DNA of 64,000 bases from Myxococcota bacterium (GTDB taxonomy: Bacteria; Myxococcota_A; UBA9160; SZUA-336), in contig CBDFGR010000002.1 in the NCBI GenBank assembly GCA_965247115.1, forward strand, positions 1,312,001 through 1,376,000. Direction: 5' to 3'. Of the stretch, positions 20,347 through 29,612 are shown one piece after another; the first letter of the stretch is position 1, and every line of letters begins with the position of its first letter. The notes under the pieces were generated by a model. The model made no database searches. It was given only the letters and a program-made list of their open reading frames with translations, and was not told the origin of the DNA. Position numbers and translations under genes: made by a program.

Positions 20347-20745
20347 ATGAGCAAGCCGGAGCGGGTCAACGTGGAGGGCCTGGGGAAGCTGCCCGTGTTT
20401 TCCCACGCCTCGATCGCTGGAGATCTCATCTTCGTCTCGGGAACGCTCGGTACGAAGTCCGGTTCGTTCGAGCTGGTCGCCGGGGGCATGGCCCCGGAGA
20501 CGACACAGACCCTGGAGAATATTCGCAGCATCCTGGCGGGTGCCGGCGCGAGCCTGGACGACATCGTCAAGGTGAACGTCTTCGTGACGGACATGAGCGC
20601 GTTCCCGGAGATGAACAAGGCCTACCTGGAGTTTTTTCCGGAAGACCCGCCTGCGCGGATCACGATCGGCTGTGCGGCGCTGGCGCTCGACGCAAAGATC
20701 GAGATCGACTGCATCGCCGCGAAGCCTAGGCCCGCGCGTTCGTAG
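20347..20745 (+). CDS. RidA (YjgF/YER057c/UK114) family protein
   Basis: FSHA, LIFVSG, QTLENI, VKVNVF, PPARITI and KIEIDCIA motifs; AGGAGG SD. Confidence 0.92.
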   Translation: MSKPERVNVEGLGKLPVFSHASIAGDLIFVSGTLGTKSGSFELVAGGMAPETTQTLENIRSILAGAGASLDDIVKVNVFVTDMSAFPEMNKAYLEFFPEDPPARITIGCAALALDAKIEIDCIAAKPRPARS

Positions 20746-20751
20746 CGGGCG

Positions 20752-21462
20752 CTACGGGATCAGGTAGCTGGCGAGCGACTCGAGTCCTTCGCTGTCTGTA
20801 ATGGTGATGTAGCCCTGGTCGAAGCGAACCAGACCCTCGCTCGCCCAGGCACGCATCTGCTTGTTGATGCTCTCCCGAGTCGCTCCGACCAGCTCGCCGA
20901 GCTCGTGCTGCGAGAGTCGCAGCTCGATCAGCACGCCCGTTGGCGTCTCCTTGCCGTACGTCTGCGCCAGACCGACCAGCTTCTTCGCGAGACGAGAGGG
21001 GAGCGTCAAGAAGAGCGTGTCCTCCACGAGCTCGCTGAGCCGGCGCACCCGTCCGGCAAGCAACTGGGCCAGGTTGATGGCCACCTTCGGGTGCTTCTCG
21101 AGAAAGGGATTCAGGTCGCGCCGGTGCAGGGTAAGCAGCTCGCACGGCTCGATGGCCTCCGCGGTCGCCGAGACTGGGTATGAGTCCAGAAGAGAGATCT
21201 CGCCGATCACCTCGCCGGGATTACTGATGGAGAACACAATCTCCTTGCCCTCCTCACTCTCCCCGAGGATCCGCAGCCTGCCGCTCATGACTCCGTAGAG
21301 CTGGCGGTTCTCGTCTCCCTTCCGGATCAGAACCTCTTTCGCGCGAAGCCGCTTGGTCGTCGTGATCTCGACCAGCGCGTCGAGATCGCTCGGGTCGATC
21401 CCCTCGAAGATGGAGATATTGTGGAGCAGACGTCGGCGATCCACCCTCGCGGGCGCGGACAT
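20752..21462 (-). CDS. Crp/Fnr family transcriptional regulator
   Basis: cNMP-binding GEVIGEISLL and HTH LSQHELGELVGATRESINKQ. Confidence 0.94.
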   Translation of the reverse strand: MSAPARVDRRRLLHNISIFEGIDPSDLDALVEITTTKRLRAKEVLIRKGDENRQLYGVMSGRLRILGESEEGKEIVFSISNPGEVIGEISLLDSYPVSATAEAIEPCELLTLHRRDLNPFLEKHPKVAINLAQLLAGRVRRLSELVEDTLFLTLPSRLAKKLVGLAQTYGKETPTGVLIELRLSQHELGELVGATRESINKQMRAWASEGLVRFDQGYITITDSEGLESLASYLIP

Positions 21463-21472
21463 GTTCGGCTTC

Positions 21473-22186
21473 CTAGCGCCCCAGATGCTCGCCGAAGAAG
21501 CTCTTCAGCTCGGCCCAGGCATCCTCCGCAGCCTTCGGCTCGTACGAGACGCGCTGATCGCAGAAGAAGCCGTGGTCGGCGTCCGCGTAGTTCTTGAGCT
21601 TGTAGTTCTTCCCCAGCTCTCGGAGCTTGGTGTCGACCGCGCCGACCTGCTCTTGCGGAATGAACGCGTCCTTCTGGCCAAAGAACAGGTAGAGGGGCGC
21701 GCGGATCTTGTCGGCCTGGTCCAGTAGCGCATCGATCCCGCCGCCGTAGAACGGCGCCGCCGCGGAGATCCGATCCGGCAGGGCGCAGGCCGAGAGGAAC
21801 GCGAGACGCCCACCCATGCAAAACCCCGTGCAGCCGAGCTTCGCGCTGTCCACGTTGTCTCTTCCCGACAGCTCGTCGAGCGTCGCGCGCATGTCCTCGA
21901 TGAAGCCGCCGTCGTCGAGCTTCTGCATGAGCTCGATGGCCTGGTCGAGCTGGTCGTACCCAACCTTGTTGTTCGGTAGCTCTCGGTAGTAGACGTCGGG
22001 GGCCACGGCAACGTAGCCCTCCTCCGCCAGCCGATCGGCCACACTCTCGATGTGCGGCACGAGCCCGAAGGCCTCGATCAGCACGACGACGGCCGGGTGG
22101 GGCCCGGCGCCTTCGGGCTCGGCGAGGTGAGCAGGCATGACGCCGGCGGGCGTCGTGATTTCGATCTTGCTGGTGCGGATAGCCAT
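21473..22186 (-). CDS. Dienelactone hydrolase family protein
   Basis: EAFGL, nucleophile elbow GFCMGG, FYGGG and ADHGFFC; AGGAGG SD before ATG 22186. Confidence 0.93.
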   Translation of the reverse strand: MAIRTSKIEITTPAGVMPAHLAEPEGAGPHPAVVVLIEAFGLVPHIESVADRLAEEGYVAVAPDVYYRELPNNKVGYDQLDQAIELMQKLDDGGFIEDMRATLDELSGRDNVDSAKLGCTGFCMGGRLAFLSACALPDRISAAAPFYGGGIDALLDQADKIRAPLYLFFGQKDAFIPQEQVGAVDTKLRELGKNYKLKNYADADHGFFCDQRVSYEPKAAEDAWAELKSFFGEHLGR

Positions 22187-22275
22187 CGGGATCCTCCTCG
22201 TTGGAATTTCCCCGAGTATACTGTGAGCGTCCCGCACCCTACCTAACCGCCGCACCCCGGGGTATGGTACAGCCC

Positions 22276-23496
22276 ATGCGGGAGCGCCCAGGCAGCGGGA
22301 TCCGAAGACGCGAGTTCCTCCGGGGTGGAGTGGCCGCAACACTGGGGGCGGCGTTGCCGCTTTCGGGTCGGGCGGCCGATCCGAGTCCGGTAGCGCGGGG
22401 GTTCCGGCGTCTTGGCCGAACCGACCTGGAGGTCTCGGACATCTCCTTCGGCTCCAGCCGCAGCGGCGACCCCCGACTCGTCGAGCACGCGCTCGAGCGC
22501 GGGATCAACTACTTCGACACGGCCGAGTCGTATCGCGGGGGTGTAGCAGAGACAGCCATCGGACGGGCTCTCCGCGGCCGCAAACGCGAGAGCGTCAGCC
22601 TGGCCTCGAAGACGGTGGCGGGACGCAACGAGAGTGCCGACGAGCTCATGCGCGCGCTCGACGGCAGTCTGCGCCGCCTGCAGACGGACCGGATCGAGGT
22701 CTACTTCAACCACTCGGTCAACGACCCCCGGCGACTCGACAACCCGGAGTGGTACGAGTTCGTCGCGCGAGCCAAGAAGGCCGGGAAGATCCTGTTCAGT
22801 GGAATGTCGGGACACGGTGGCCGACTCGGAGAGTGCCTCGACCACGCCCTCGAGAACGACCTGGTCGACGTCATTCTCGTCGCATACAACTTCGGACAGG
22901 ACCCGAGGTTTTACGAGAATTTCACGCGCGGCTTCGATCTCGTTGCCAACCAGCCAGAGCTACCTGCCCTGCTCGAGAGAGCGCGTGCGCAGGACGTCGG
23001 CGTCGTCGCCATGAAGACGCTGATGGGCGCCAGGCTGAACGACTTGCGCCCCTACGAGACCAGCGACGGGACCTTTGCCCAGGCAGCGTTTCGCTGGGTG
23101 CTCTCGAACCCGAACGTCGACGCGCTGATCATCTCGATGAAGAGCGTCGAGATGATCGACGAGTACCTCGGAGCATCCGGCAGCGGTCCGGTGCGCACGA
23201 CGGATCTGGAGCTGCTCGAGCGCTACGCCTCGCGGAACAGCGCGGCGCACTGCCGCCAGGGCTGCAACGCGTGCGCAGGGGCCTGCCCGCACGACGTGGC
23301 GATCCCAGAGGTCCTGCGCACGCGCATGTACGCGACGGACTACGAGGACCTTGCTTACGCTCGGGAGGACTACGCGAAGCTCGGGGCAGGCGCGGGCGCC
23401 TGCGAGAGCTGCACGCATCAGGCCTGCCTCGGATCGTGTCCCTACGGTCTGGAGATCGCTCAGCTCACACGCTCCGCTCACGGGCTGCTGGCGTGA
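22276..23496 (+). CDS. Tat-exported aldo/keto reductase with C-terminal Fe-S motifs
   Basis: RRREFL signal, GINYFDTAESY, SLRRLQTD, CRQGCNACAGACP and CESC...C...CP. Confidence 0.88.
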   Translation: MRERPGSGIRRREFLRGGVAATLGAALPLSGRAADPSPVARGFRRLGRTDLEVSDISFGSSRSGDPRLVEHALERGINYFDTAESYRGGVAETAIGRALRGRKRESVSLASKTVAGRNESADELMRALDGSLRRLQTDRIEVYFNHSVNDPRRLDNPEWYEFVARAKKAGKILFSGMSGHGGRLGECLDHALENDLVDVILVAYNFGQDPRFYENFTRGFDLVANQPELPALLERARAQDVGVVAMKTLMGARLNDLRPYETSDGTFAQAAFRWVLSNPNVDALIISMKSVEMIDEYLGASGSGPVRTTDLELLERYASRNSAAHCRQGCNACAGACPHDVAIPEVLRTRMYATDYEDLAYAREDYAKLGAGAGACESCTHQACLGSCPYGLEIAQLTRSAHGLLA

Positions 23497-24757
23497 CGAT
23501 GAGCTGATCGAGGGGCGCTGCAGCAGCGCTGCTCGGGAACACATGCTGCTCGAGCGCGCCCGGCGGGACGCCGAGGTGATCGCGCAGCACGCCCTTGAAC
23601 AGGGAGCGGGCATCGAGGGTCGGCATGAGATCGCGCCCCTCGTAGAGCGCTCTCTTGCGGATTCCCGGCCAGTCCGACACGACCCGTCCGCCCCGGACCG
23701 CGCCACCCAGCAGGAAGGCCGCGCCTGCCGTACCGTGGTCCGTTCCCCGCGTGCCGTTCTCCCCCACCGTCCGACCGAACTCCGAAACCACGATCACGGC
23801 AGTCCGCGACCACGCGGGTCCCAGACCCTGTCGGAGCGTCGTCACCCCGCTGTCGAGGCTCGCGAGCTGCGTCGCCAGCCTGCCCTGTCCGGCCCCCTGG
23901 TTCGCATGCGTGTCCCAGCCACCAAACTCGAGCACGGCGATCCGCGGACCGTCTGGCGCGCTGAGGAAGGCGGCGGCGGCCCGAGCCAACGCTGCGAAGG
24001 CGACCCGGCCGGCGCGGCGTCCGCGCCCTGGTGTTGCACGGAGCGCCCGTTTTGCCATCTCGTCGGTAGCGAGCGCCTGGCGCAACCGCGCGGCAAAGAA
24101 CGCATCATCGCGGTAGAGGTCAAGGAGACGCGCGAGCGTGTCGGGATCCAGCGACGGCAACGGCGAGGGAGCCCACGACTCGACCGGCACGTCGCCCCGC
24201 AGCACCATGGGCACGCTCTGTGTGAGAGCCATGGCCGGTGGGCCTACCCCGGCAACGACCCCGCCCGATCGTGCGAGCAGCGCTCGGTTGAGCCAGCCGC
24301 TGCCCGCGTGGGGGACGGCAGTGCCGTTCTCGAGGATGTCCTGGCCGTCGATGTGGGAGCGCTCGCGATACGAGGTCGCGATCGCCTGAAGCACCACGAG
24401 CTCGCCCGTCTGATGGAGGCCATGAAGGGTGTTTAGAGCGGGATGCAGCCCGAACGTGCCGTCGAGCTTCAGCACACCGCCCACCTCTCCGGGAGCGGCC
24501 AGGGCGAGCCCCTCGCGGGTCCGCTCGTAGCTCGACTCCCCGTACGGTGGCACCGCTGCGAGTCCGTCCATTCCACCGCGCAGGATCACGAGCACGAACC
24601 GAGCCTCCGACTGTGTACGAGCGAGAGAGAGCCCCGGCAGCAATCCGAGGGCTGCAAGGGATCCAGCCCCTTCCAGGAAGTGTCGTCGCGTGAGCGACAT
24701 CTTCCGCGTCAGCGACATCTTCCGCGCGAGCGACATCTTCCGCGCGAGCGACATCAT
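23465..24757 (-). CDS. DUF1501 family protein (Tat signal)
   Basis: TRRHFL, LRGGMDGL, RSHIDGQ, GGWDTHANQ and SEFGRT..NGTRGTDHG motifs. Confidence 0.88.
   Translation of the reverse strand: MMSLARKMSLARKMSLTRKMSLTRRHFLEGAGSLAALGLLPGLSLARTQSEARFVLVILRGGMDGLAAVPPYGESSYERTREGLALAAPGEVGGVLKLDGTFGLHPALNTLHGLHQTGELVVLQAIATSYRERSHIDGQDILENGTAVPHAGSGWLNRALLARSGGVVAGVGPPAMALTQSVPMVLRGDVPVESWAPSPLPSLDPDTLARLLDLYRDDAFFAARLRQALATDEMAKRALRATPGRGRRAGRVAFAALARAAAAFLSAPDGPRIAVLEFGGWDTHANQGAGQGRLATQLASLDSGVTTLRQGLGPAWSRTAVIVVSEFGRTVGENGTRGTDHGTAGAAFLLGGAVRGGRVVSDWPGIRKRALYEGRDLMPTLDARSLFKGVLRDHLGVPPGALEQHVFPSSAAAAPLDQLIVTPAARERSV
24687..24754 (-). repeat. Four 18-bp tandem units encoding MSL(A/T)R(K/R)
   Basis: Plus-strand unit CGCG(T/C)(G/C)AGCGACATCTTC; ATG complements end at 24700, 24718, 24736 and 24754. 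Confidence 0.95.
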
Positions 24758-26166
24758 CTGCGCTGGAACTCGGGGCTACCGAGCAGCAGCGCCATCGCCT
24801 GCCCTCGGTCCCTTGCACCTTCCAACGCCCGAGACGTCGCGCTGCTCAGCAGCGGCCCGAGGGCACTCGCGGCGACCTGTGTCGGACTCGCGCTGTCTCG
24901 ACGTCCGAACACGGCCGACCACTCGAGCCTCTTCAGCAGCGCGTCCGCCCCATCCCAGCTCGCAGACCTGTCCCCCCAGCCCGCGGGTGAGGGCGCAGCG
25001 AAGGGTGGCTGACTCAGCAGGCGGAGCGAACCGATCAGCTGGCGCTCGCGTGGAGCTTCGACACCGGTGGCACGAAAGGCCGAGACCACGAACTCCTGGG
25101 GACTCTTGAGCTTGGTGGCGGGGAGTCGCCAGGCCTCTGGGCTCGACGTGAGCGCGGCCGAGACCCTCGCGAGATCGCCCTCTGTTTCTCGAAATACATG
25201 CGCGACGCGCTCGACCACCGGGGGCGGAGGATCATCGGACACGAAGTGCCGCACGAGTTTGGTCGCGAGCAAGCGCGCAGTCGCCGGATGAGCCGCCAGG
25301 TCGCGCAGCACGGCGACGCCCTGCTCGAGGCCTGTATCTGGATAGCTCCGCCCAAGCAGCGTCTTGCGACCGGGCTCGTGAGCCGGGGAAAGGAACGCAA
25401 AGCGGCCGGCTCGTCCTGTCGTGAACCTCCGACCGTCCCTTCCCACAGTCCAGCCCGTGATCACCTCCGCAAAGCGGGTCACGTCTGCCTGCGTGTACCC
25501 CCCATCCACGCCGAGCGTGTGCAGCTCGAGGATCTCGCGCGCGAGGTTCTCGTTCAGGCCGCGCTTGCGTCCGCGTGCGCGTCTTGCTGCTCTGGAGTGG
25601 GGACCGATGGAGGACTGGTTGTCGAGGTAGATGAGCATGGCGGGGTGCGTCTCGACCGCGAGCAGCATGTCGACGAACCGACCGGTGACATACGGCCGGA
25701 TCGCCTCGTTCTCGAAGCTCACCGCCACACTCGAGAGCAAGGGCTCGCCGACCACCGAGACGGTGAAGTGGTTCGACCAGAAGTGCACGAGCCGCTCACG
25801 GAAGGGCTCGGAGGTGTTGATCGCCGCCAGCGTCCGCGCCGCGGTCTGCTCGAGGTAGCCGCGCTGCTGGGCCATGCGGAAGCCGCGCATCCTCGAGCGG
25901 AGCGCGGCCGAGGGCGGGGACTCACTCTTCTGGCGCTTCTTGCCGCGCATCTGGCGCCGCTCGGAGCGTAGCTCCTGTGCAGCGACCAGCTGCTCGTGGG
26001 AGGGAGCGAGGTCTTCCAGCTCCGCCGGAAGGGGTCGTCGACGGCCCAGCTGAGCTTCGAGCCAGCCCCTCGGGTCGGACCCGATGGCCGCGAGCTCGCC
26101 GGGACGCGCACCCAGGCCGAAGCGGTTCGCCGCAATGGCTGCGCGCGGGTTGCCGTCTGTCTTCAC
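24754..26166 (-). CDS. DUF1800 family protein
   Basis: NRFGLG, ERLVHFWSNHFTVS, HPAMLIYLDN, NENLAREILELHTLG and SPEFQRR motifs; couples to DUF1501 by ATGA overlap. Confidence 0.9.
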   Translation of the reverse strand: MKTDGNPRAAIAANRFGLGARPGELAAIGSDPRGWLEAQLGRRRPLPAELEDLAPSHEQLVAAQELRSERRQMRGKKRQKSESPPSAALRSRMRGFRMAQQRGYLEQTAARTLAAINTSEPFRERLVHFWSNHFTVSVVGEPLLSSVAVSFENEAIRPYVTGRFVDMLLAVETHPAMLIYLDNQSSIGPHSRAARRARGRKRGLNENLAREILELHTLGVDGGYTQADVTRFAEVITGWTVGRDGRRFTTGRAGRFAFLSPAHEPGRKTLLGRSYPDTGLEQGVAVLRDLAAHPATARLLATKLVRHFVSDDPPPPVVERVAHVFRETEGDLARVSAALTSSPEAWRLPATKLKSPQEFVVSAFRATGVEAPRERQLIGSLRLLSQPPFAAPSPAGWGDRSASWDGADALLKRLEWSAVFGRRDSASPTQVAASALGPLLSSATSRALEGARDRGQAMALLLGSPEFQRR

Positions 26167-26281
26167 GCGCTCTCCTCCTTCGCCCCCTTGAACCGTCGGG
26201 CCGGTCTGCCGTTGCGCGCCACAACCTGCTGGCCGCTCGACGGTTGGACCTCATGAGCCGTGCAGTAAGATCCGGAACGCC

Positions 26282-27133
26282 ATGCGCCTGCCAGCAAAGA
26301 CTGGGCTCGGAGCCCTCGCGGTCGGTCTCCTCGCGGGAGTGCTCGCTCTCGTGTTGTGGCGCGATGTGCGCTCCGAGGTCGCTCCGGAGCCGACTGCCGC
26401 CCTGCCCGTGCCAGCCCCGGTCGCGTCAGGTCTCCCGCCGGTCGCCAGCACAACGTCCGAGGACATGGATCTACTGCGGGAGGTTCTCGCCGCCGAGGTC
26501 GCGGCACGCGAGGAGCTCGCGATCGAGGTCGACGAGCTGCACGAGGAGCTTGCGAGCTTGCGCAGCGAGCGAGAACGCTCGGTCGCGGAAGGCGTCCCCC
26601 GTGGAGCAGGCTTCTCCCGCCAGAGGCGCTTCTCAGAGGACCGGCTGCTGGAAGCCGGGCTCGATCGGAACCGCGCGGACCAGCTCCGCGAAGTCTACGA
26701 GCGAAACCAGCTCGACTTGATGAACCTGCGTGACCAGGCAATCCGCGAGGGGGTCGAGGGCGGTGGCGGCTTCGGGCAGATCTGGGAAGCGAGGGCCCAG
26801 CAGACAGCAGCCCTGCAAGAAGAGCTGGGACTCGAGCTGTACGACTTGATGCTCTACGGAGCGGGCCAGCCAAACCGGCTGGTCGTGCGCGACGTCCTGC
26901 CGGGCTCAAACGGGGAGATCGGCGGGCTGCAAGAAGGCGACATCATCCGCAGCTACGACGACCAGCCGGTCTTCGGCATGCAGGAGCTGCGCTATCTCAT
27001 GGCCCAGGGGGAACGACAGACGGCCGTCGACGTCGGTGTGGAGCGCGCGGGTTCCTCCACGACGGTGGAAGTCACCCCCGGTCCGATCGGCGTCAGGCTG
27101 CGTCCGGCCTGGCGCCAGCCGGAGACTCCCTAG
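26282..27133 (+). CDS. Membrane-anchored coiled-coil protein with C-terminal PDZ domain
   Basis: N-terminal TM helix, acidic coiled coil, VRDVLPGS..GLQEGDII PDZ signature. Confidence 0.75.
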   Translation: MRLPAKTGLGALAVGLLAGVLALVLWRDVRSEVAPEPTAALPVPAPVASGLPPVASTTSEDMDLLREVLAAEVAAREELAIEVDELHEELASLRSERERSVAEGVPRGAGFSRQRRFSEDRLLEAGLDRNRADQLREVYERNQLDLMNLRDQAIREGVEGGGGFGQIWEARAQQTAALQEELGLELYDLMLYGAGQPNRLVVRDVLPGSNGEIGGLQEGDIIRSYDDQPVFGMQELRYLMAQGERQTAVDVGVERAGSSTTVEVTPGPIGVRLRPAWRQPETP

Positions 27134-27141
27134 CCGCGAGC

Positions 27142-27699
27142 TCAGCCGAGCTTGCCCGCTGCAGCGATGATCTCAGCAGGTGCAGGGCGCTCCTGGTAGC
27201 CTTCGTGGCGCAGCTTGAAGCGGATGATGCCGCTTCGATCCACGATGAAGATCGTCGGGTGCGGGATGCCGCTCGTCCGGCCCGTTGCCTCCTTGTTCCT
27301 CACGCCATAGGCGTCGATCGTCATGCTGGCGGGATCCGAGAGCATTGTGTACTCGATACCGCGCTCTCGCGAGAACTTGGCCAGCACGCTCCTGGCGTCG
27401 TAGCTGATCCCGACGAGCCGCACTCCACTGGCATTGATCGCCGACAGATTGTCCTGCAGTTCAACTAACTGCTTCTTGCAGTAGGGTCACCAGTCCGCCG
27501 ATCGAAAGAAGACGATCGCAACGGGGCCAGTAGCGAGCAGCGCGTTCAGCGACTGCGTCTCCCCCGACTGGTCTTCCAGGGAGAAGGTGGGCGCCTGCTG
27601 GCCCGTGGCGAGACCGACCTCCTCGTCAGCCTGGACCGGCGCCCCCGCCAACAACAGGCCAAGGAGTGGAGCCATCATCTTGAAGGCGTACTTTCTCAC
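27142..27699 (-). CDS. Exported AhpC/TSA (peroxiredoxin-like) protein, probable selenoprotein (UxxC), 185 aa
   Basis: ORFs 27487..27741 and 27142..27423 are in the same frame, joined by IVFFRSADW-TGA(27489-27487)-PYCKKQLVELQ; GTG start with GGGAGG SD; signal peptide ending VQA. Confidence 0.85.
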
Positions 27700-27768
27700 G
27701 AGCGACCCTCCCCGAGGCCTCTCACGGCCTCTCATCAGCATCCCTACGCTCCAGACCCCCGCCGGGTT

Positions 27769-29505
27769 TCACTCAGGGGCCACAGAGCCCCGCCCGACGA
27801 GATCCCGGGCGCGGGTCAGTGCCCGACGCGCGCTGACGAAGATACCGGGCTCCGACTCGAATAGGCAGTCCTCGCCAATCAGGTCGACGATCCCGAAGGC
27901 GCGCAGGACCTGGGCCAGCTCGGGTCGAACCCCGCAGAGCAGCACGTAGGCCCCCCGCTCGCGCGCCTCCTGGCAGAACTGCTCGAGAACCGAGAGAACC
28001 GTCGAGTCCATCGAAAGGGTGCGCTTGAGGCGCAGCACGATCGCCCCGGCACGGGCGGTGCCACTCGTCAGCCGATCTTGCAACGCATCCGCTACGCCAA
28101 AGAAGAGGTTTCCCTCGAGCTGAAGAAAGACGACGGGCGGAGCCGGGACGCCGATCCCCAGTGCCCGCTCCGCAAACGAGCCATCGGGCGCCTGGACCAT
28201 CTCGACCAGGTGCAGCTGGCTCGACCGCTGCAAGTAGAGCGAAATGTTCAGCAGGATGCCGACGAAGACCGCGTACGTGAGCGGCAGGAAGAGCGTCGCG
28301 CCGAGTGTCGTAAGACACACGAACGTGTCGGATCGATACGCCCGGGACATGCGCACAATCGCCCGCCAGTCCACAAGCTCGTAGGAAATCACGAACAGGA
28401 TCGCGGCCAGGCTAGCCAGCGGGATGTAGCCCGCCAGCGGCGAGAACACGAGCAGGATCGCGGCCACAAACAGGCCGTTGAAGACGCCGGAGTAGAGCGT
28501 GGCGGCCCCGGCCTGAACGTTGAGCGCGGAGCGCGAGAAGCTCCCGGACCCCGGAATGCACTGAAACAAGCTCGAGAGGGCGTTTGTCAGCCCCTGGCTC
28601 ATGAGCTCCTGGTTCGGCCTGATCCTTTGCCCCGTCTGCCCCGAGATCGTCTTCCCGATCGAGAAGACCTCGAGCAGTCCAAGCAGGCTCAGCGCGAAGG
28701 CTCCGCCGAGCAGGGCCTCGGTCGCGGACCAGCTGAAAAGAGGGAGCTGGAACGGCGGGAGACCGTAGGGGAGTGGCTGAATCAGCGGCAGGTTCGCCCC
28801 GGTCCAGCCAGCGAGGGCTACTGCCGCAGCACCGGCACACATCGCCGCGAGCGCAGAGGGTACACGTCGTGGAAGACGGCGGCCGAGCAGCACAATCGCG
28901 AGCGAGAGGACGCCAACGCTCACGGACGGTCCGCTGACCTCGGACAGGTGGGGACCCGCCCGCAGGATGGCTCCCACAAGCCCGGGCCAGTCCGCCACGC
29001 CACGTGGGGACGGGATGCCCAGGAAGCCGGGGACCTGCCCGACCGCAATCAAGATGCCCGCGCCCGCGGTAAAGCCCACGATCACCGACTGGCTGACAAA
29101 GCGGACCGCGGTGCCGAGTCCGATTCCGGCGAGGCCGACCTGCATCAGTCCCTTGAGCAGGGTCAGCAGCACCACGAGCTGCAGATAGCGCGCTTCGTGC
29201 TCACCGGGCGGCAGGTCCCCGAGCTGGCCCATCACGCGCGCCACGACCGCAGCGACGAGCAACGCCTGGGTGTTGACCGGACCCACCGACAGAAACGGCT
29301 GCGAGTTCAGCAACGAGCCGATCAGACACTGCACAATCAGCGTATAGAGCCCGTACTCGGGCGGGACTCCCGCGATCAGCGCCAGTGCCAGGGCCTGAGG
29401 TACGGCGACGACCGCGACCGTCAGCCCCGCGACGAGGTCCCTCGTCAGCTTGGCAAGCGTATAGTCGCGCGCCGCGTCGACCGGCTGGCGCAGCATTTCG
29501 AGCAC
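27769..29505 (-). CDS. SulP/SLC26 anion transporter with STAS domain
   Basis: DLVAGLTVAVVAVPQALA, GLYT, NQELMSQG, GSFSRSA and STAS GNLFFG..MDST motifs. Confidence 0.93.
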   Translation of the reverse strand: MLEMLRQPVDAARDYTLAKLTRDLVAGLTVAVVAVPQALALALIAGVPPEYGLYTLIVQCLIGSLLNSQPFLSVGPVNTQALLVAAVVARVMGQLGDLPPGEHEARYLQLVVLLTLLKGLMQVGLAGIGLGTAVRFVSQSVIVGFTAGAGILIAVGQVPGFLGIPSPRGVADWPGLVGAILRAGPHLSEVSGPSVSVGVLSLAIVLLGRRLPRRVPSALAAMCAGAAAVALAGWTGANLPLIQPLPYGLPPFQLPLFSWSATEALLGGAFALSLLGLLEVFSIGKTISGQTGQRIRPNQELMSQGLTNALSSLFQCIPGSGSFSRSALNVQAGAATLYSGVFNGLFVAAILLVFSPLAGYIPLASLAAILFVISYELVDWRAIVRMSRAYRSDTFVCLTTLGATLFLPLTYAVFVGILLNISLYLQRSSQLHLVEMVQAPDGSFAERALGIGVPAPPVVFLQLEGNLFFGVADALQDRLTSGTARAGAIVLRLKRTLSMDSTVLSVLEQFCQEARERGAYVLLCGVRPELAQVLRAFGIVDLIGEDCLFESEPGIFVSARRALTRARDLVGRGSVAPE

Positions 29506-29612
29506 GGCGTGGCGTCTACCTTCCCAACCGGGTCATGAGTCGGTCACTGGGTAGTCAGCTCCATGCGGGCGAAAGCATACCTCCGCGACCGCCGGCCTTC
29601 ATCGACAGAGAC

